In this document: positions 30,201 to 41,197 of the stretch, one piece after another
Position numbering within the stretch: position 1 is the first letter of the stretch
How the letters are laid out: the number at the start of each line of letters is the position of its first letter
Assembly (NCBI GenBank): GCA_965223155.1
Contig: CBDCVR010000014.1
Coordinates: forward strand, 128,001 to 192,000
DNA length: 64,000 nucleotides
Reading direction: 5' to 3'
Origin: Candidatus Multivoradales bacterium
GTDB lineage: Bacteria; Acidobacteriota; Thermoanaerobaculia; Multivoradales; JAHEKO01
Notes under the pieces: model-generated
Seen by the model: the letters and a program-made list of their open reading frames with translations, nothing else
Databases searched by the model: none
Told to the model about the DNA's origin: nothing
Position numbers and translations under genes: made by a program

Positions 30201-32366
30201 GATGGCCCGAATCACCTGGGCTATAGCTACGACTCCCTGGGACGCGTTCTCGCCGTCGTCGACAAGAACAACGCCGACCGGCCACTGAAGGAGTACGTCT
30301 ACGACACCGCCCCGGGCCGCGGCGCCGGCAAGCTCGCCCAAGCCACCCGGCACAACTACGTCACCCTCCCCTGGGACGCGACCGAGACGGACGCCTGGGT
30401 GACCGACCTCTACGACTACTCCGGCACCGCCGGAGCGCCCTCGGCCAAGACCACGAGCTTCGCCCGGGGTCCCTACCAATACACCTCGGCCTACGCCTAC
30501 ACCGACGGCGGCGCCATCGGCTCTGTCACCTATCCGACCTGTGACGCGGGCTTTGCCTGCCCCGCCACCCCCGAGCCCGCCCGCACCGTCTCCTACACCT
30601 ACGAGCAGGGGCTGCTCCGCCAGGTCCCGGGCTGGACCAATACCATCACCTACCATCCGACGGGCGCCTGGAGCCAGATGCCCCGGGTCAACACCGTCAC
30701 CGACGGCCGCGACTCCGACCCGGCCTCACCCGATCGCCTAAACCGCTTCCACGCCTCCTCGCCTTCGACCGGAGCCTCCTGGGACTCCGGGCCCATGGCC
30801 TACGATGGCTCGGGCAACTTGAAATCCATCGGCGCCGACACCTACACCTACGATCAGTCCTCGCGCCTCCTCTCCGGCACCGCCGGCGGCGAGCGCCAGG
30901 ACTACACCTACGACGCCTTCGGCAACATCACCCAGATCGCCCATACCGATGCCGGCGACACCCTGACCACCCGCTCCATCGGGGTCGTGCCCTCGACCAA
31001 CCGGTTGTCCGTCGCCACCTACGACGCGGCCGGCAACCTCACCTCCTGGGCCGGCAACACCTACACCTGGGACGCCCTGGGATCGCTGGTCCAGTTCAAC
31101 GGCGGCCAGAACGGCGGCGGCACCTACCTCTACGACGTCGAAGACCGGCGGGTCGCCGTCTTGAAAAGCCCTGACAACACCGCGGCCGCGAAAGATGAGA
31201 CCTACATCGTCCGGAGCCTGGCGGGCCAGACCCTGCGCGAGTTCACCGTCACCGGCCCCACCAGCCCCGCAACCCGGGCCTGGTCCAAGGACTACTTATA
31301 CGCCGCCGGCAACCTCCTTGCATCCGTCAAGACCGATGGCGCAGGAGGCGAAGACATCCGGCACTACCACCGCGACCACCTGGGGAGCCCGCGCTTGATT
31401 ACCGACGCATCAGGCTCCGAGGTGGGCCGGCGGACCTATCTCCCCTACGGCGAAATGGTCACCGACACCGCCTCCGACGAGACCCACAAATACACCCTCC
31501 ACGAACGGGACGAAAACTTCGCCGGCACCGACGACGACCTCGACTACATGCTGGCCAGGTACTACTCCCCGCACTTGGGAAGGTTCCTAAGCTGCGATCC
31601 CGAGAGGGGACGGGCGGAGCGGTTACAGACGCTGAATCGGTATGCGTATGCGTGGGGGAACCCGGTCAAGAATGTGGATCCGGATGGGAGGGATCCGTGC
31701 ACCGTGGAGGTCGTAGAGAGGTATACCGACGATGAAGGAAACGTCGTTGGCACCAGCAAAGGCACCGCGACAGACTGGGCCTGCGTCGAAGCACTTCGAC
31801 GAGAAGAGGAGCTCAGAAATCTCTGCTCCGACCCAGTTTTCAGTCGCTTGAACCCCGAGTGTACTGGGCAGGACTCGGGGCGGGAGCTTCACGAACTCAA
31901 TCCCGGCGCGGAGTTGGAACACTATGAGAACAAGTCGCAGAAGCTGGCCGAACTGATGGCACAGCCTCTAGACTGTGTTCGCCAGGCAACTAGGATGGGC
32001 AAGGGGCGCGAGCCCGGGCTGCTTGCGTGGGTTACCCCAGAAGCAGTGCGGTTCCACAGTTTTTGGGGCGGGTTCGGCGAAATCACAGGTGACGAATGGG
32101 CGGCTCAGATCCAGTACGCACAAGACAAACTTGGGGCACAGAACTGGCTGCTCGCAGCGCATGGGCACCCGAGCAAGCAAGCAGAATATAGTGCGGCGGA
32201 TCAGAAGGTGGCGAACTACTTCTTCGAGCTCGGCATGTTTTTCTACTCGGCGGCTGAGGGTGGCGTCGGAGATGCGTTCGGCCGCACATTTTCCTGGGCG
32301 AGCCTTAATGTTCACTCCTCCACTCCACGCAAGGCGTGCGTTGAGAACAAGATGATTCCCAAGTAG
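27282..32366 (+). CDS. Full-length Rhs/YD-repeat polymorphic toxin with signal peptide; JAB-like tip 1
   Basis: Hydrophobic signal ending AVSASA, many YD repeats, DHLGSPR, ARYYSPHLGRFLSCDP, NPVKNVDPDG; tip from 31689 with AHGHPS...YSAAD. Confidence 0.93.
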   Translation: MKRRGHERAATARVPARIAAPTRIGAPALVMTLLAALAAVSASAVEHPDQAVGFAAGGLQNLAIDNVSTYNGGLTVAVPVGPMFQLVYNSHIWKTTTVDGIYTQVFGNPRNTAGMGWRLHPGKLYAPNSWYGNETTDWVYVGPDGSSHNFHQQMHVGEDDGDGNVLYTRDGSYLRLQKVWAGTQWQKAVEFPDGTRHIFKPVPGWATNWELARIEDRFGNATTFTQEYPDGGWTTSRHLWTIVDPHGRTHRLNYGWRGGVLESVDYETVGGQRAVYQFVYQYIRHFIPYDTYPYNNARQRNSFLKKVIFPDGSELKMTKPDGSMAYLGSYIGWPTGVLSSVELPTGGRLEWDFIEWQFPTANPSDPQKGAGVTNRRMIRADGTVESEVVYDQSWVDVNGTWPPELTQTDVVYPTGHCTRHFFHQQRNVKIDGTNGWTGWDHGLSYRKDIVDGERYLSSEVWDGSSGTACSGTKLRSTYARYEHDKLPSTTHPAFQDEWFASNIRMKNQRIVYHDDGDRWVDTLNEDFDGVGHYRKTTVSGTLGRSLNDLKWTATTYNPTRGTYEVDVLWNTETANHTYVPMTPSDDWLLGLYDAVETHEPGAWGFQTTRDEFDFDPATGFLRAQRTLASGTTRGTKDILRIFTPTAEGQVATASLYGSDTNPLTTGPGWTPPATWSYRIETTYQFGAVKTSRAVKPDGTYWPYLATDVDLDPSTGKVLVSRDPTGLATTYTYDLLGRVTEVAPAEGAITRITYTNAAAGAPAIQTTVQYAADGTTELRRSEGWFDDFGRTWRDRKMVPDHGWVERETLYDASGAVFSVSAWGDFTKVTQTLARDAFGRPTHVRPAEGAAHDVTYTYLGDRQVHVQAYAATTETSEALVGRVTRSDSFGRLDHVLDMGLVAGLDQRTNYYYDADGNLGSITAIAADTSVVQARYFWYDHRGFLKQEKHPEKGPTGNGYVFYYDYDPSGKPGRMVDGPNHLGYSYDSLGRVLAVVDKNNADRPLKEYVYDTAPGRGAGKLAQATRHNYVTLPWDATETDAWVTDLYDYSGTAGAPSAKTTSFARGPYQYTSAYAYTDGGAIGSVTYPTCDAGFACPATPEPARTVSYTYEQGLLRQVPGWTNTITYHPTGAWSQMPRVNTVTDGRDSDPASPDRLNRFHASSPSTGASWDSGPMAYDGSGNLKSIGADTYTYDQSSRLLSGTAGGERQDYTYDAFGNITQIAHTDAGDTLTTRSIGVVPSTNRLSVATYDAAGNLTSWAGNTYTWDALGSLVQFNGGQNGGGTYLYDVEDRRVAVLKSPDNTAAAKDETYIVRSLAGQTLREFTVTGPTSPATRAWSKDYLYAAGNLLASVKTDGAGGEDIRHYHRDHLGSPRLITDASGSEVGRRTYLPYGEMVTDTASDETHKYTLHERDENFAGTDDDLDYMLARYYSPHLGRFLSCDPERGRAERLQTLNRYAYAWGNPVKNVDPDGRDPCTVEVVERYTDDEGNVVGTSKGTATDWACVEALRREEELRNLCSDPVFSRLNPECTGQDSGRELHELNPGAELEHYENKSQKLAELMAQPLDCVRQATRMGKGREPGLLAWVTPEAVRFHSFWGGFGEITGDEWAAQIQYAQDKLGAQNWLLAAHGHPSKQAEYSAADQKVANYFFELGMFFYSAAEGGVGDAFGRTFSWASLNVHSSTPRKACVENKMIPK

Positions 32367-32384
32367 ATCGAGAGCGCCTAGGGA

Positions 32385-33476
32385 ATGCCAAGACGAGCGA
32401 GACTCTTTTTCGGAGCCGTGAGCCTGCTGTACTCAATCGCAGCGATCGGGGCTACGGAGGAGCCTTGTCTTGAGATTGGGTGGACCCTGAAGAGGGGCGA
32501 ATCGAGTCCGGAGGTGTCGCCAGTCCCGGTCGCATCAGTCCTCCCGCGACTCAGTGAACTGAATCCTTACGGACCGCACCAGGTGCTGAGAGGCTATCTG
32601 GCGAACAGGTCCCGGCTGTGCCCAGAGTTGCTTGCGCTTGATGATACCGGAGATTCGACGTGTCTCAAGCTCAAGACAGAGCACTTCGTAGGAGCCGCTT
32701 TCGATCATGTGCTGGACCAATGGGACGGTGAGCTGGTCGATGTCACTGGAAGCGTCACAGTGGAGGGCGGCTATTTCCGACGGCAGGCATGGTCACTGAT
32801 CGTTGGAACGATTCGGCCGGTGTCACGGAGTCCGTCCCTCGCCTTCTGTAGGGACTATGACGGCCCCCTGGAGGCCGCCCCGAGAGATCGTTTGTACGAG
32901 AGTCGTTGGGATCGATACCGATACTTGGAAAGCGAGCTCGCAGATGGGTCGAAAGCCTTCTTGCATCCCCGAAAGTCGCTCGTGGGACGCTTCCCAAAGA
33001 ATCCGACTCGGCATTCCAAGTCTCTAGAGACGATTGACTTATCCCCTCCGGCACCGTTCACAGGACGGGATGTCGTAAAGATGGAGGCGTTAGTTTGGGG
33101 ACGATTTTTCTACCAACTAAGAGACGACAGAGCCTACATTTGGGACCAAGGTGCTATTCGCGCGTTGGAGCCATGGCCGATATCGGAAGTTTCTTTCGGC
33201 GAGCCCGAAGGCGTCTTCTACTACTACACGGAGCCGGCGACGGATTCCGGAGAACCGGCAACTCAGTACGTCAAACTTCTGGACCGTGAACTAAAAAAGC
33301 ACGTGTTATGGCAGTCGACCGAGTTCGCCGTGCACGAGTGGGAATTTTCTGATGGGCTCGAGTTGACGATCCGAAGGGTCCCCGACGAGCACAAGATCAA
33401 GATCGAGTTGCCAGAGACTCCGCGAATTCTGGAAGCAATTCCTGCTTGCCAAGCCACCGACCGTGATCCTGGCTAG
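32385..33476 (+). CDS. Putative immunity protein 1, exported (family A)
   Basis: Directly follows tip 1; N-terminal signal; shares LC...C.L...QWDGELVDV.G and PFTGRDV with the other downstream genes. Confidence 0.7.
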   Translation: MPRRARLFFGAVSLLYSIAAIGATEEPCLEIGWTLKRGESSPEVSPVPVASVLPRLSELNPYGPHQVLRGYLANRSRLCPELLALDDTGDSTCLKLKTEHFVGAAFDHVLDQWDGELVDVTGSVTVEGGYFRRQAWSLIVGTIRPVSRSPSLAFCRDYDGPLEAAPRDRLYESRWDRYRYLESELADGSKAFLHPRKSLVGRFPKNPTRHSKSLETIDLSPPAPFTGRDVVKMEALVWGRFFYQLRDDRAYIWDQGAIRALEPWPISEVSFGEPEGVFYYYTEPATDSGEPATQYVKLLDRELKKHVLWQSTEFAVHEWEFSDGLELTIRRVPDEHKIKIELPETPRILEAIPACQATDRDPG

Positions 33477-33480
33477 GGTT

Positions 33481-35450
33481 CCAAGACCACGAGCTTCGCC
33501 CGGGGTCCCTACCAATACACCTCGGCCTACGCCTACACCGACGGCGGCGCCATCGGCTCTGTCACCTATCCGACCTGTGACGCGGGCTTTGCCTGCCCCG
33601 CCACCCCCGAGCCCGCCCGCACCGTCTCCTACACCTACGAGCAGGGGCTGCTCCGCCAGGTCCCGGGCTGGACCAATACCATCACCTACCATCCGACGGG
33701 CGCCTGGAGCCAGATGCCCCGGGTCAACACCGTTACCGACGGCCGCGACTCCGACCCGGCCTCACCCGACCGTCTCAACCGCTTCCACGCCTCCTCGCCT
33801 TCCACCGGAGCCTCCTGGGACTCCGGAACCATGGCCTACGATGGCTCGGGCAACTTGAAGTCCATCGGCGCCGACACCTACACCTACGATCAATCCTCGC
33901 GCCTCCTCTCCGGCACCGCCGGCGGCGAGCGCCAGGACTACACCTACGACGCCTTCGGCAACATCACCCAGATCGCCCATACCGATGCCGGTGGCACCCT
34001 GACCACCCGCTCCATCGGGGTCGTGCCCTCGACCAACCGGTTGTCCGTCGCCACCTACGACGCGGCCGGCAACCTCACCTCCTGGGCCGGCAACACCTAC
34101 ACCTGGGACGCCCTGGGATCGCTGGTCCAGTTCAACGGCGGCCAGAACGGCGGCGGCACCTACCTCTACGACGTCGAAGACCGGCGGGTCGCCGTCTTGA
34201 AAAGCCCTGACAACTCCGCGGCCGCCAAAGACGAGACCTACATCCTCCGGAGCCTGGCGGGCCAGACCCTGCGCGAGTTCACCGTCACCGGGATCGACAG
34301 CCCCGCCACCCGGGCCTGGCAGAAGGACTACTTATACGCCGCCGGCAACCTCCTTGCATCCGTCAAGACCGATGGCGCAGGAGGCGAAGACATCCGGCAC
34401 TACCACCGCGACCACCTGGGGAGCCCGCGCTTGATTACCGACGCGTCAGGCTCCGAGGTCGGACGGCGAACCTATCTCCCCTACGGCGAAATGGTCACCG
34501 ACACCGCCTCCGACGAGACCCACAAATACACCCTCCACGAGCGCGACGAAAACTTCGCCGGCACCGACGACGACCTCGACTACATGCTGGCCAGGTACTA
34601 CTCCCCGCACTTGGGAAGGTTCCTAAGCTGCGATCCCGAGAGGGGACGGGCGGAGCGGTTACAGACGCTGAACCGGTACGCCTACGCGTGGGGGAACCCG
34701 GTGAAGCATGTGGATCCGGATGGGAAGGATCCGTGTAATGTGATCTACACCAAGGACGGCGGTGTGTATTTTGAATGCGGAGGCTCCACTACTGCAAGCT
34801 CCGGGGAAGAAGAGAAGAAGGGCAACCCGGGACTACCCGGCGAGCCCTGCAATTTCTCGGTGGACGGGGTGGAGATGGGCACCTGCGGTGACGACCCTGT
34901 CGAGCTCTCGCTGATGGACCGTCTGCAGCAGATGCAGGAACATGGACAGCCATGTAAGACGTTTGAGGGCAAGGGACAGTGGGCTGGTTCCTGGAACTGG
35001 GTGATCGGTTCACAATCGGAGCACGCACTAAACGCCATGCAGCACCTCCTTCAGGTTTCCTATGATTCCGGAGGCAATTTCGCAGAATATGGGATGTACG
35101 CCTATTTGGATCCGAGTGGCCAAATCCGATTCTCTCAGCCGGTGACCCAGGGTGATCCAGAGCGAGTGTTCATCGATGTTGCGCCAGAGCACCAAGGCAC
35201 GCTTTTGTTTGCTGTTCACACGCATCCCAAAGGGCGGACTACGAGCGGGAGCCTGTTCGGTCGTGCAGGCGACGCTGCGTGGGCCGACTTTTGGACGGCG
35301 CCCATCTTCTCCGCATCCTCAGCAGGCGGCATCGCCATGGTCACTCAGAAGCTCACGGGCGGACGGGGCGAGGCTTCGGCCGCGTGGGCGTATTTTGGCC
35401 GAGGGCCGAACGGTGAACCCGTAGCCTTCCCAGCGTGTAATGGACGTTGA
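33481..35450 (+). pseudogene. Orphan Rhs cassette 2 (core fragment plus JAB-like tip)
   Basis: Near-identical copy of the core from KTTSFARG; DPDG ends 34724; EYG...AVHTHP...AGD. Confidence 0.88.
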
Positions 35451-35524
35451 TGCAATCCGAGAGCACGCCCTCAGGCGACTGTCAATCCGACCGAGAGGAA
35501 ACTCGGGTGCATAGGAGCAGTGGC

Positions 35525-36304
35525 ATGTCGCACCTTCGTCAGGTCGCGCTCGAGCACGTTGTCCTCTTTAGCCTCATGCTTCTGAGTAGCATGCTGATCG
35601 TTCCCTTGGGTTTGCGAGCGGTCCCGGTCGCCGTTGCGGCTTGGGTGGGGATCTTCGTACTACTCGTTCGCCCCGCTTGGGCGTATCTCTTCTTGCTTGC
35701 ATGGTGCCTCTTGACGTTCGGTGTTCGGTATGACGACTATCTGTTTAAGTTCTCATCGCCAATCTTGGCTACCGTTCCGTTGGTGATCCATCTAGTCCTT
35801 TCCTGGATTTGGTGGCAGACCGGCCGAGCCGAGGGCTCGCTCGCCAGCCGTAGGCGCTTATGGCAATACTTGGGTATCGGGCTCCTCGGTACATTCACGT
35901 TCTCCAGCCAGTACTGGTTAGGCGAACCTCGGGAGCCAATCGCTGTTGCGGCGCTCATGGCGTTCTTTCTCCTCATCTTTCAGATCGTGTTGCTGGCAAG
36001 TTTCTGGGCACGGGATCCCTGGCCCGCGATGACTCCGTTACGACTCACGACATGGCTTGTCGGATGGTACTTGTCGTACTTCTTGGTCGAAATGCAAGAC
36101 GGGTTCATTGTGAAGTTGCCTGCGGCTGTCACCGTCGCCTTCTTTGTTGGAAGCTTTCTGGTCCAGGCTTCCGCCTACCGAACGCTTGCTCGCGAGTTCC
36201 ATGAAAGACGCGGCTGGCGGGCGCTCTATGTCGCAACGGTAACCATCGCTGTACAGATGTCGTTTGCCGTCTTCGTTTTCTGGCGCGTCTACCTGGTCTA
36301 CTAG
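35525..36304 (+). CDS. Putative immunity protein 2, polytopic membrane protein (family C)
   Basis: Multiple TM segments; AGGAG before ATG 35525; paralog of 59921..60700. Confidence 0.7.
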   Translation: MSHLRQVALEHVVLFSLMLLSSMLIVPLGLRAVPVAVAAWVGIFVLLVRPAWAYLFLLAWCLLTFGVRYDDYLFKFSSPILATVPLVIHLVLSWIWWQTGRAEGSLASRRRLWQYLGIGLLGTFTFSSQYWLGEPREPIAVAALMAFFLLIFQIVLLASFWARDPWPAMTPLRLTTWLVGWYLSYFLVEMQDGFIVKLPAAVTVAFFVGSFLVQASAYRTLAREFHERRGWRALYVATVTIAVQMSFAVFVFWRVYLVY

Positions 36305-36366
36305 CCTGACGGACACCTCCTCGACTGCGACGAAAACTTTACCGGCGAGGCCGTTGCCGGGGGCTG

Positions 36367-37658
36367 CCGGCAACACCTCCACCTGGGACGCCCTGGGGTC
36401 GCTGGTCCAGTTCAACGGCGGCCAGAACGGCGGCGGCACCTACCTCTACGACGTCGAAGACCGGCGGGTCGCCGTCTTGAAAAGCCCTGACAACACCGCG
36501 GCCGCGAAAGACGAGACCTACATCGTCCGGAGCCTGGCGGGCCAGACCCTGCGCGAGTTCACCGTCACCGGCCCCACCAGCCCCGCAACCCGGGCCTGGT
36601 CCAAGGACTACTTATACGCCGCCGGCAACCTCCTTGCATCCGTCAAGACCGATGGCGCAGGAGGCGAAGACATCCGGCACTACCACCGCGACCACCTGGG
36701 GAGCCCGCGCTTGATTACCGACGCATCAGGCTCCGAGGTGGGCCGGCGGACCTATCTCCCCTACGGCGAAATGGTCACCGACACCGCCTCCGACGAGACC
36801 CACAAATACACCCTCCACGAACGGGACGAGAACTTCGCCGGCACCGACGACGACTTGGACTACATGCTGGCCAGGTACTACTCCCCGCACCTGGGAAGAT
36901 TCCTAAGCTGTGATCCGGAGAGGGGACGGGCGGAGCGGTTGCAGACGCTGAATCGGTATGCGTATGCGTGGGGGAATCCGGTGAAGAATGTGGATCCGGA
37001 TGGGAGGGATCCGTGTACAACGACCACCCAGGTAACAGTAATCTTCCCCGACGGTTCGACACAGGAATATACGGAAACCAAGGTCGACGAAGAATGTCGA
37101 GTTCAACAGGACTGGGACAACCGTTGTAATGACCCAGTCCTCCGCCGGGCTGACCCAACTTGTACGAGCGATTCGTTTACTGAAAATGAAGAATTGCACG
37201 GCGACTTGGAACTTGAAGACTTCGAGAACCGCACTCGCGAGCAGGCAACCGCGGTAGTTGGCCTACTCGACTGCCTCCGACAGGCAACCGCAATCGCCGG
37301 GGGAAAGGAGCCGTTCTTTGCACTTTTCCGCCACAACGGAAGGCTTAACATCGCCCACAACCCCGGTGTCCAAGTCGGCGCGGCGGACATCAAAGGTTTC
37401 CTAACAAACCTTTTCGATCAGTATCCTGGTGCGGAGGTCGCGCTCGTCGCTCACGGTCACCCGTCGGGGGACGGTACTCTTTCTCAGGACGACCTAGAGA
37501 TTGCCTTCGCGGCCTGGGGTGGATGGGAGTTCCTCGGAGTCGGGGAGAACGGGGTGGGAACATTGTGGGGAGGCCTAATGGGTTGGCAAGGGCTTGGACG
37601 GACCCAAGCTAGTTCCCTTGAGGACTGCGAGAGCATGGGATTCAAAATGCGGTGGTAG
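36367..37658 (+). pseudogene. Orphan Rhs cassette 3 (JAB-like tip)
   Basis: Core copy from GNT.TWDALG; DPDG ends 37004; KEPF...AHGHPSGDGTLSQDD. Confidence 0.88.
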
Positions 37659-37667
37659 GAGATCGGT

Positions 37668-38825
37668 TTGAACTTAAGAAAACTCATTTGGGCCGCGGTT
37701 CTTCTGCTCGCTCCGAGCGGTTTGTTTGCAGATGAAAAGTGCGTCGCTTCCGAGCAGGGGCTTGTCTGCACCTTTCCGGTGGATAAGGACTCGCCACTAG
37801 TGGACGTTCAAGCTCTGCGGTGGGGCTCGATTGAGTCGATAGAACATTCGTTCCCCGACAAGGCCGAGGCTTGCGGACGATTGGAATCGTCCCAATTGCC
37901 CGGTGAGCGATTCCCATTCGTCAGTGACCAAGACTCGCAAGTGGCGGTGCTCGAAGCCCTACAACGGCGTTTCGTGTTGCAGGGCGTTGGCCTTGTGGTC
38001 CGAGGTACCCTAGTGAAGACGTCAGGCGACTGGCTGTGCGCAGATGGAGTTGGTCCAGGCAAGGCGGCCGAAGGGCTTTGTATTCGGATCGACGTTGAAC
38101 CTATCAACTCAGGTCCCCATGTCGCCGAGACACTTGGCCAATGGGAAGGCGAGCTCTTGGATGTAGGTGGGTGGATTACGATGCCGACGCGGGGGCACTT
38201 GGCGGCCGGATCGTGGGTCCTCGAGGCGTGGTCGATCGTTCCGGTGACACGGCCTCCTTCACCAGCTTTCTGTGAGGACTACATAGGCCCTCTGGAGGCC
38301 TCGCCGGTAGAGGCTAGCTACGATTGGGCAAGGAAAACGTACCGACCTGCCTTTCGGCTGGGGGATGGCCCTCGTGTCCACCTTCACCCTAGGCGGGCAG
38401 AAGTCGGTCTGTTCGGAACGCCTGGGTCTGAGCGCCCTGGCGAGACGATTAGGTTCTCGGTGCCCGAACCCTATTCAGGACGCGATGTCCGGTCTCTCGC
38501 TCTCATCGATAGGTCACGACTCGTGTTTCTGCTCCGCAACGAGGAGTTGTGGCTGTGGGACGGAGGCCGTCTTGAACAGTTGTCCGGCCGGCAGGTCCGC
38601 TCGCTCTGGACAGCGGGCGAGGCCGCATTCTATTTGATGCAACAAAGCGTCGAGGGCGGCTTTTTTTCCCGCGTTGTTCGGCTGAGTCGCGACCTTGAGC
38701 AGACGACGATTTGGGAAGGAACGCTGAACGGAGAGATTGAGGACTGGTCTGGGGCGCCTGACTCGAGCGCCCTTTACTTGATGATCGATCCCGGCCCGCG
38801 GGTGGTAAAGGTCGCGCTGCCCTAG
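37668..38825 (+). CDS. Putative immunity protein 3, exported (family A)
   Basis: Signal peptide; QWEGELLDVGG, SPAFCEDYIGPLEA (compare SLAFCRDYDGPLEA in 32385..33476), PYSGRDV. Confidence 0.72.
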   Translation: MNLRKLIWAAVLLLAPSGLFADEKCVASEQGLVCTFPVDKDSPLVDVQALRWGSIESIEHSFPDKAEACGRLESSQLPGERFPFVSDQDSQVAVLEALQRRFVLQGVGLVVRGTLVKTSGDWLCADGVGPGKAAEGLCIRIDVEPINSGPHVAETLGQWEGELLDVGGWITMPTRGHLAAGSWVLEAWSIVPVTRPPSPAFCEDYIGPLEASPVEASYDWARKTYRPAFRLGDGPRVHLHPRRAEVGLFGTPGSERPGETIRFSVPEPYSGRDVRSLALIDRSRLVFLLRNEELWLWDGGRLEQLSGRQVRSLWTAGEAAFYLMQQSVEGGFFSRVVRLSRDLEQTTIWEGTLNGEIEDWSGAPDSSALYLMIDPGPRVVKVALP

Positions 38826-41195
38826 CGGCGGCACCTATCTCTACGAGGTCGACGACCGGCGCGTGGCGGTCTCTGAGGAGCCCGACAACATCGCGGCTTC
38901 CTGCTGCGCGAGAAGCATCCCGAGAAGGGCGCGTCCGGCAATGGCTCGGTCTTCTATTACGACTACGATCCCTCGGGCAAACCCGGCCGGATGGTCGATG
39001 GCCCGAATCACCTGGGCTATAGCTACGACTCCCTGGGACGCGTTCTCGCCGTCGTCGACAAGAACAACGCCGACCGGCCACTGAAGGAGTACGTCTACGA
39101 CACCGCCCCGGGCCGCGGCGCCGGCAAGCTCGCCCAAGCCACCCGGCACAACTACGTCACCCTCCCCTGGGACGCGACCGAGACCGACGCCTGGGTGACC
39201 GACCTCTACGACTACTCCGGCACCGCCGGAGCGCCCTCGGCCAAGACCACGAGCTTCGCCCGGGGTCCCTACCAATACACCTCGGCCTACGCCTACACCG
39301 ACGGCGGCGCCATCGGCTCTGTCACCTATCCGACCTGTGACGCGGGCTTTGCCTGCCCCGCCACCCCCGAGCCCGCCCGCACCGTCTCCTACACCTACGA
39401 GCAGGGGCTGCTCCGCCAGGTCCCGGGCTGGACCAATACCATCACCTACCATCCGACGGGCGCCTGGAGCCAGATGCCCCGGGTCAACACCGTTACCGAC
39501 GGCCGCGACTCCGACCCGGCCTCACCCGACCGTCTCAACCGCTTCCACGCCTCCTCGCCTTCCACCGGAGCCTCCTGGGACTCCGGAACCATGGCCTACG
39601 ATGGCTCGGGCAACTTGAAGTCCATCGGCGCCGACACCTACACCTACGATCAATCCTCGCGCCTCCTCTCCGGCACCGCCGGCGGCGAGCGCCAGGACTA
39701 CACCTACGACGCCTTCGGCAACATCACCCAGATCGCCCATACCGATGCCGGTGGCGCAACGACCACCCGCTCCATCGGGGTCGTGCCCTCGACCAACCGG
39801 TTGTCCGTCGCCACCTACGACGCAGCCGGCAACCTCACCTCCTGGGCCGGTAACACCTACACCTGGGACGCCCTGGGATCGCTGGTCCAGTTCAACGGCG
39901 GCCAGAACGGCGGCGGCACCTACCTCTACGACGTCGAAGACCGCCGCGTGGCGGTCTTGAAGAGCCCCGACAACTCCGCGGCCGCCAAAGACGAGACCTA
40001 CATCCTCCGGAGCCTGGCGGGCCAGACCCTGCGCGAGTTCACCGTCACCGGGATCGACAGCCCCGCCACCCGGGCCTGGCAGAAGGACTACCTATACGCT
40101 GCCGGCAACCTCCTTGCATCCGTCAAGACCGATGGCGCAGGAGGCGAAGACATCCGGCACTACCACCGCGACCACCTGGGGAGCCCGCGCTTGATTACCG
40201 ACGCGTCAGGCTCCGAGGTGGGCCGGCGGACCTACCTGCCCTACGGCGAGATGGTGACCGACACCGCCTCCGACGAGTCCCACAAATACACCCTCCACGA
40301 ACGGGACGAGAACTTCGCCGGCACCGACGACGACCTCGACTACATGCTGGCCCGCTACTACTCCCCGCACCTCGGGCGCTTCCTAAGCTGCGATCCCGAG
40401 AGGGGACGGGCGGAGCGGTTACAGACGCTGAATCGGTATGCGTATGCGTGGGGGAATCCGGTGAAGCATGTGGATCCGGATGGGAGGAAACCAAAGAAGG
40501 GCGATGCGAAAGGGAAGACTGCTGAGCCTGATGATCGCGTAGAGAATGGTGATTCAGGGGGCAGCGGTGGTGACGATCCAATCGATATCTTTTCTGGCTA
40601 TATCGACGTAGTCGGGAAATTCCACCCACTTCATTTCTCGGGATTCTTCGGAGGAAGCGGTGGCTTAGACAGAGAGCTGAGAAAACGCAATGAACAGGTA
40701 GGGGGCGGTAACAAGATCGCACTTCTCACTTCTATTGCACTGCGAGTGATAGATCGGGAGGCAAATCTTTTCGGCTGCGTCGCTCACAAGGATCTGAACG
40801 ACGGAGCAAGGGTGGAATGGGGTGGACTGCTCCGTGACGACAAGCGCACAACCGACAACCAGCCAATAGGACACTACGTTGGAACAAGTGGTGATTTCCA
40901 AGGCGTCACTTTCGACGCGCCTCCCACCGGGAACCTGCTGTATGTACATACTCACCACACCGGATCCGGAGTAACGGCGGGTGATCGAGAACTCTCGAGG
41001 CGTCTGGGAGGCATTCCCGTGTTCAATATTTCGATTAGCGGAAACCAAGTGGGTGACGTCACCGTCTTCCTAGCAGGGGACGGACTACCGAAGTCCGGTA
41101 TCAACCTCGGCGGCGTGCCATTGCCGGTCGATCAGGGCGCCTGCGATAGTCTGACTGGAGGCACTGGCCCCGGTGATCTCCTAGGAGATCTCTAG
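38826..41195 (+). pseudogene. Orphan Rhs cassette 4 (JAB-like tip)
   Basis: Scrambled core pieces at 38826-38940, then an open core; DPDG ends 40484; VEWGG...YVHTHH...TAGD. Confidence 0.88.
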
Positions 41196-41197
41196 TC